Below are positions 61,447-64,000 of a stretch of 64,000 bases of DNA, in pieces. Positions within the stretch are counted from its first letter, which is position 1, and every line of letters begins with the position of its first letter. The notes beneath the pieces are model-generated. The model was not told the DNA's origin, made no database searches, and saw only the letters and a program-made list of their open reading frames with translations. A program made the translations under genes and the position numbers. The DNA comes from Porphyromonas cangingivalis (GTDB taxonomy: Bacteria; Bacteroidota; Bacteroidia; Bacteroidales; Paludibacteraceae): assembly GCA_945902955.1 (NCBI GenBank), contig CAMDNO010000002.1, positions 23,214 through 87,213 on the forward strand, given 5' to 3'.

Positions 61447-61477
61447 CCTTCTATGTCCTTTTTTTTTGTAGAAATGT

Positions 61478-62461
61478 TTAAAATTCATTTTCAATAATCT
61501 CTGTCATAACATCCTTAATATCAAGTTCGGCAGCAGCAATTTGTTGCGGAATAAAGCTTGTAGCCGTCATACCTGGCGTGGTATTTACTTCAAGCAAATT
61601 AATGACATCGCCATCCGAAATAATATAGTCGATACGTACAATGCCTTTACAACCTAAAATATCGTAAATGGCTGAAGTGAGCTGTTGCACGCGATTGGTA
61701 AGTTCGGGGCTGATGCGAGCTGGTGTAATTTCCTGCACTTGACCTTTGTATTTGGCATCGTAATCGAAAAATTCATTTTCGCTCACCACTTCGGTTACAG
61801 GCAGTACTTGCGATTTTGTTTTTGTTTTGTAAATGCCACAGGTAATTTCGGTTCCGGCCATAAATGCTTCAATCATTACTTCGTCGCCTTCGGCAAAAGC
61901 TAAATCAATAGCCGGTTGTACTTGCTCTAATGTTTTTACTTTGGTTACGCCAAAACTACTTCCACCTACATTTGGCTTTACAAAACAAGGGAAACCGATT
62001 TTCTCCGCAACTTCTTCGCTGTTTACCGATTGACCATTACGTAGCACCAACGATTCCGAAACTTTAACTCCAAAACCTTTAAGATATTGGTTACAAGTAA
62101 ATTTATTAAATGTAACAGCCGCCGCCAAAACGCCACAACACGAATATGGAAGCCCGATTAATTCAAAATAACCTTGCAAAATACCGTTTTCGCCAGGAGT
62201 GCCGTGTATAGTGATGTAGGCAAAATCAAATGTGATTTTTTGGCCTTCGCGCTCGAAACTAAAATCATTTTTATCAATAGCAATTTTTTCTGTTTCCGAC
62301 CATTCAACCTGCCACACTTTGCCCACAATGGTTACAATAAAAATATTGTAACGCTCTTTGTCCATAAACGAATACAAACCTGCAGCACTCTTGAGCGATA
62401 CAACTACTTCCGACGAATCGCCACCAGCTACAATGGCTATGTTTTTTTTAGATTGTGACAT
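61478..62461 (-). CDS. ddl: D-alanine--D-alanine ligase
   Basis: GGDSSEVVVSLKSA, IHGTPGENG, KPNVGGSSFG, FDYDAKY, LEVNTTPGMT. Confidence 0.96.
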   Translation of the reverse strand: MSQSKKNIAIVAGGDSSEVVVSLKSAAGLYSFMDKERYNIFIVTIVGKVWQVEWSETEKIAIDKNDFSFEREGQKITFDFAYITIHGTPGENGILQGYFELIGLPYSCCGVLAAAVTFNKFTCNQYLKGFGVKVSESLVLRNGQSVNSEEVAEKIGFPCFVKPNVGGSSFGVTKVKTLEQVQPAIDLAFAEGDEVMIEAFMAGTEITCGIYKTKTKSQVLPVTEVVSENEFFDYDAKYKGQVQEITPARISPELTNRVQQLTSAIYDILGCKGIVRIDYIISDGDVINLLEVNTTPGMTATSFIPQQIAAAELDIKDVMTEIIENEF

Positions 62462-62561
62462 GTTTTTCAATTTTCAATTTATCAATTACCAATTTTCAAT
62501 TAACTATTATAAATTATCAATTATTTTCGGGGTTCAAAGTTACAAAATTAACTCGAAGTTT

Positions 62562-63791
62562 TTAGAAAGCATACCCGAAATTTAGGGACAACGGAATTTT
62601 AACCGCTTCGTTATCTATACTTGTATTTCCATTAGAATAATGACCTATACGTATTTCGGCATTTAGGTTACGGTTTTCTCCAAAAAACACCCCTGTTCCC
62701 ATATTGTCCTGAAAGGTAAAATGACCGCCTAATTTTTTAGTATCAACCATTGTTTTAGAAATGTAAGTAGGACCGGCTACCGAATAATAAAAATAAGCAT
62801 CGAACTTTTTGGCATGCCAATAACTCAAGCGAAACACCGGAAAAACAGATAGCGTGAAAAACTTCTCATTATTCAAGTTGCTTTGCCAGCTCGAAGCATT
62901 TACACCCCAATCGAGCGAAAAAACTTTAGGCCCATGAAAAACATTGCGCTGATAAGTAAGATGTACACCATTTTTCACCTCAGCATCGCCACCCCAAAAA
63001 ATAGGAATTTTACCCGAAACAGCGTCATTAACACCATAACCCAATATATTGCTCGTATAGCCAATCTGAATCCATTGTTTGGGATGTTTATAACCTAATT
63101 CAGCCGCTTTTTTAAGACGTTCGGGAGTAAAGGTGCGGAAGTTATATGCAAAGCCTGTACCTACAAAAGTAGTATAGGGCTGTTTATTCTTTTTACTTTC
63201 GGGTGAATAATTAGCGCATAATTGCAAAGCCCAGCGATTGCTTAGGTGGTATTTAATACCCGCGCCGAACAAAAATGTAGCATAATTTACGCTGCTAACT
63301 ACGGGAGCATTGTTGTTATTAGCGTCGTTAAATCCTTTGCGGGTAATGGTTCCCAAGCCTACTTCGCCATAAAGCGAAAAATTATTGCTCAATGGCAATG
63401 TTGGTTTCAGTGTAAGTCCACCCACATTCATGCGAACGCTTCGGCCACCAGGCACATTGCTATTTGCAACTCCAAGTATATCAACCTGTCCATATTTTAC
63501 CCAAATAACAGGACGCATATAGGTGATTTGTGCCGACAAGTATTTGTTGAATTCGTAGCCCAAAAGCACCAACCGAGCCGCGGCAGCTGGAACCGTAACC
63601 GCATCGAGCAATTGATAACCAGACTCTAAATGTTGTTGCCCAAAGGGATGATTGATAGCTCCGATGTTTACTTCGAAATACGATTTTTGTAACAAAGGCG
63701 GTATTTGCGAGCGATTGTCCTGCGCTTGAGCATTATAAACTACAATTAAAGTGAGAAAAAATGCAAATAAAATTCTTATAAATGAATTCAT
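62562..63791 (-). CDS. outer-membrane protein with two beta-barrel regions; C-terminal acyloxyacyl hydrolase/PagL-like domain
   Basis: Signal peptide; LGGHFTFQDNMG...RIGHYSNG His-Ser motif; terminal GYAF. Confidence 0.75.
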   Translation of the reverse strand: MNSFIRILFAFFLTLIVVYNAQAQDNRSQIPPLLQKSYFEVNIGAINHPFGQQHLESGYQLLDAVTVPAAAARLVLLGYEFNKYLSAQITYMRPVIWVKYGQVDILGVANSNVPGGRSVRMNVGGLTLKPTLPLSNNFSLYGEVGLGTITRKGFNDANNNNAPVVSSVNYATFLFGAGIKYHLSNRWALQLCANYSPESKKNKQPYTTFVGTGFAYNFRTFTPERLKKAAELGYKHPKQWIQIGYTSNILGYGVNDAVSGKIPIFWGGDAEVKNGVHLTYQRNVFHGPKVFSLDWGVNASSWQSNLNNEKFFTLSVFPVFRLSYWHAKKFDAYFYYSVAGPTYISKTMVDTKKLGGHFTFQDNMGTGVFFGENRNLNAEIRIGHYSNGNTSIDNEAVKIPLSLNFGYAF

Positions 63792-63834
63792 GGTTTAAAA
63801 ATTATTTCAAGGCACAAAGTTAATGAAAAAAATG

Positions 63835-63872
63835 AAAAAAAAATGCCCTTTACCAGAACAGTAAAGGGCATT
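63835..63872 (-). terminator. intrinsic terminator
   Basis: AATGCCCTTTAC...GTAAAGGGCATT stem with an A-tract on the plus side. Confidence 0.8.
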
Positions 63873-63889
63873 AAGTAAATTCTATCAGC

Positions 63890-64000
63890 TTATTTTTTTA
63901 TTAGTTTGAATGTCTCTGTTAAACTGTTTTCTGAAACTATTTGAACAAAATAAATTCCGGATGATAGTTGAGAGGTATTAATTGTAAGATTTGATGAATT
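63890..64000 (-). CDS. 3' end of a T9SS type A sorting domain protein, partial
   Basis: Manual translation ...INTSQLSSGIYFVQIVSENSLTETFKLIKK*; classic LxxGxY...KLIK CTD ending. Confidence 0.85.
   Translation of the reverse strand, partial: NSSNLTINTSQLSSGIYFVQIVSENSLTETFKLIKK

Overview
AT-rich chromosomal segment of a Bacteroidales bacterium (Paludibacteraceae-like by inference: TAnnTTTG promoters, no Shine-Dalgarno signals, anaerobe-type genes). It is mostly housekeeping: pckA, folA, a porP-porK-porL-porM-porN type IX secretion (T9SS) operon, porT, lipB, mtgA, rluB, tRNA-Met, udk, zwf/pgl, prmA, nth, cdd, trmD, argC, a polyprenyl synthase and ddl. It also carries a 2461-aa T9SS-secreted beta-helix protein, a TonB receptor/lipoprotein pair and a small accessory patch (Fic, SanA, membrane protein). 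I found no CRISPR array, transposase, integrase or prophage. The most unusual signal is intergenic. (i) A 16-18 bp palindrome CCCGATAGCTATCGGG occurs six times, five of them nested inside other repeats. (ii) Three 105-225 bp fold-back elements. (iii) 7/8/9-mer tandem arrays that end just before start codons. (iv) Degenerate attC-like ends bracket the Fic/SanA genes, suggesting a decayed integron-like cassette array. PorK also lacks its usual lipobox cysteine. All protein calls are from motif and family recognition by eye, not database searches.
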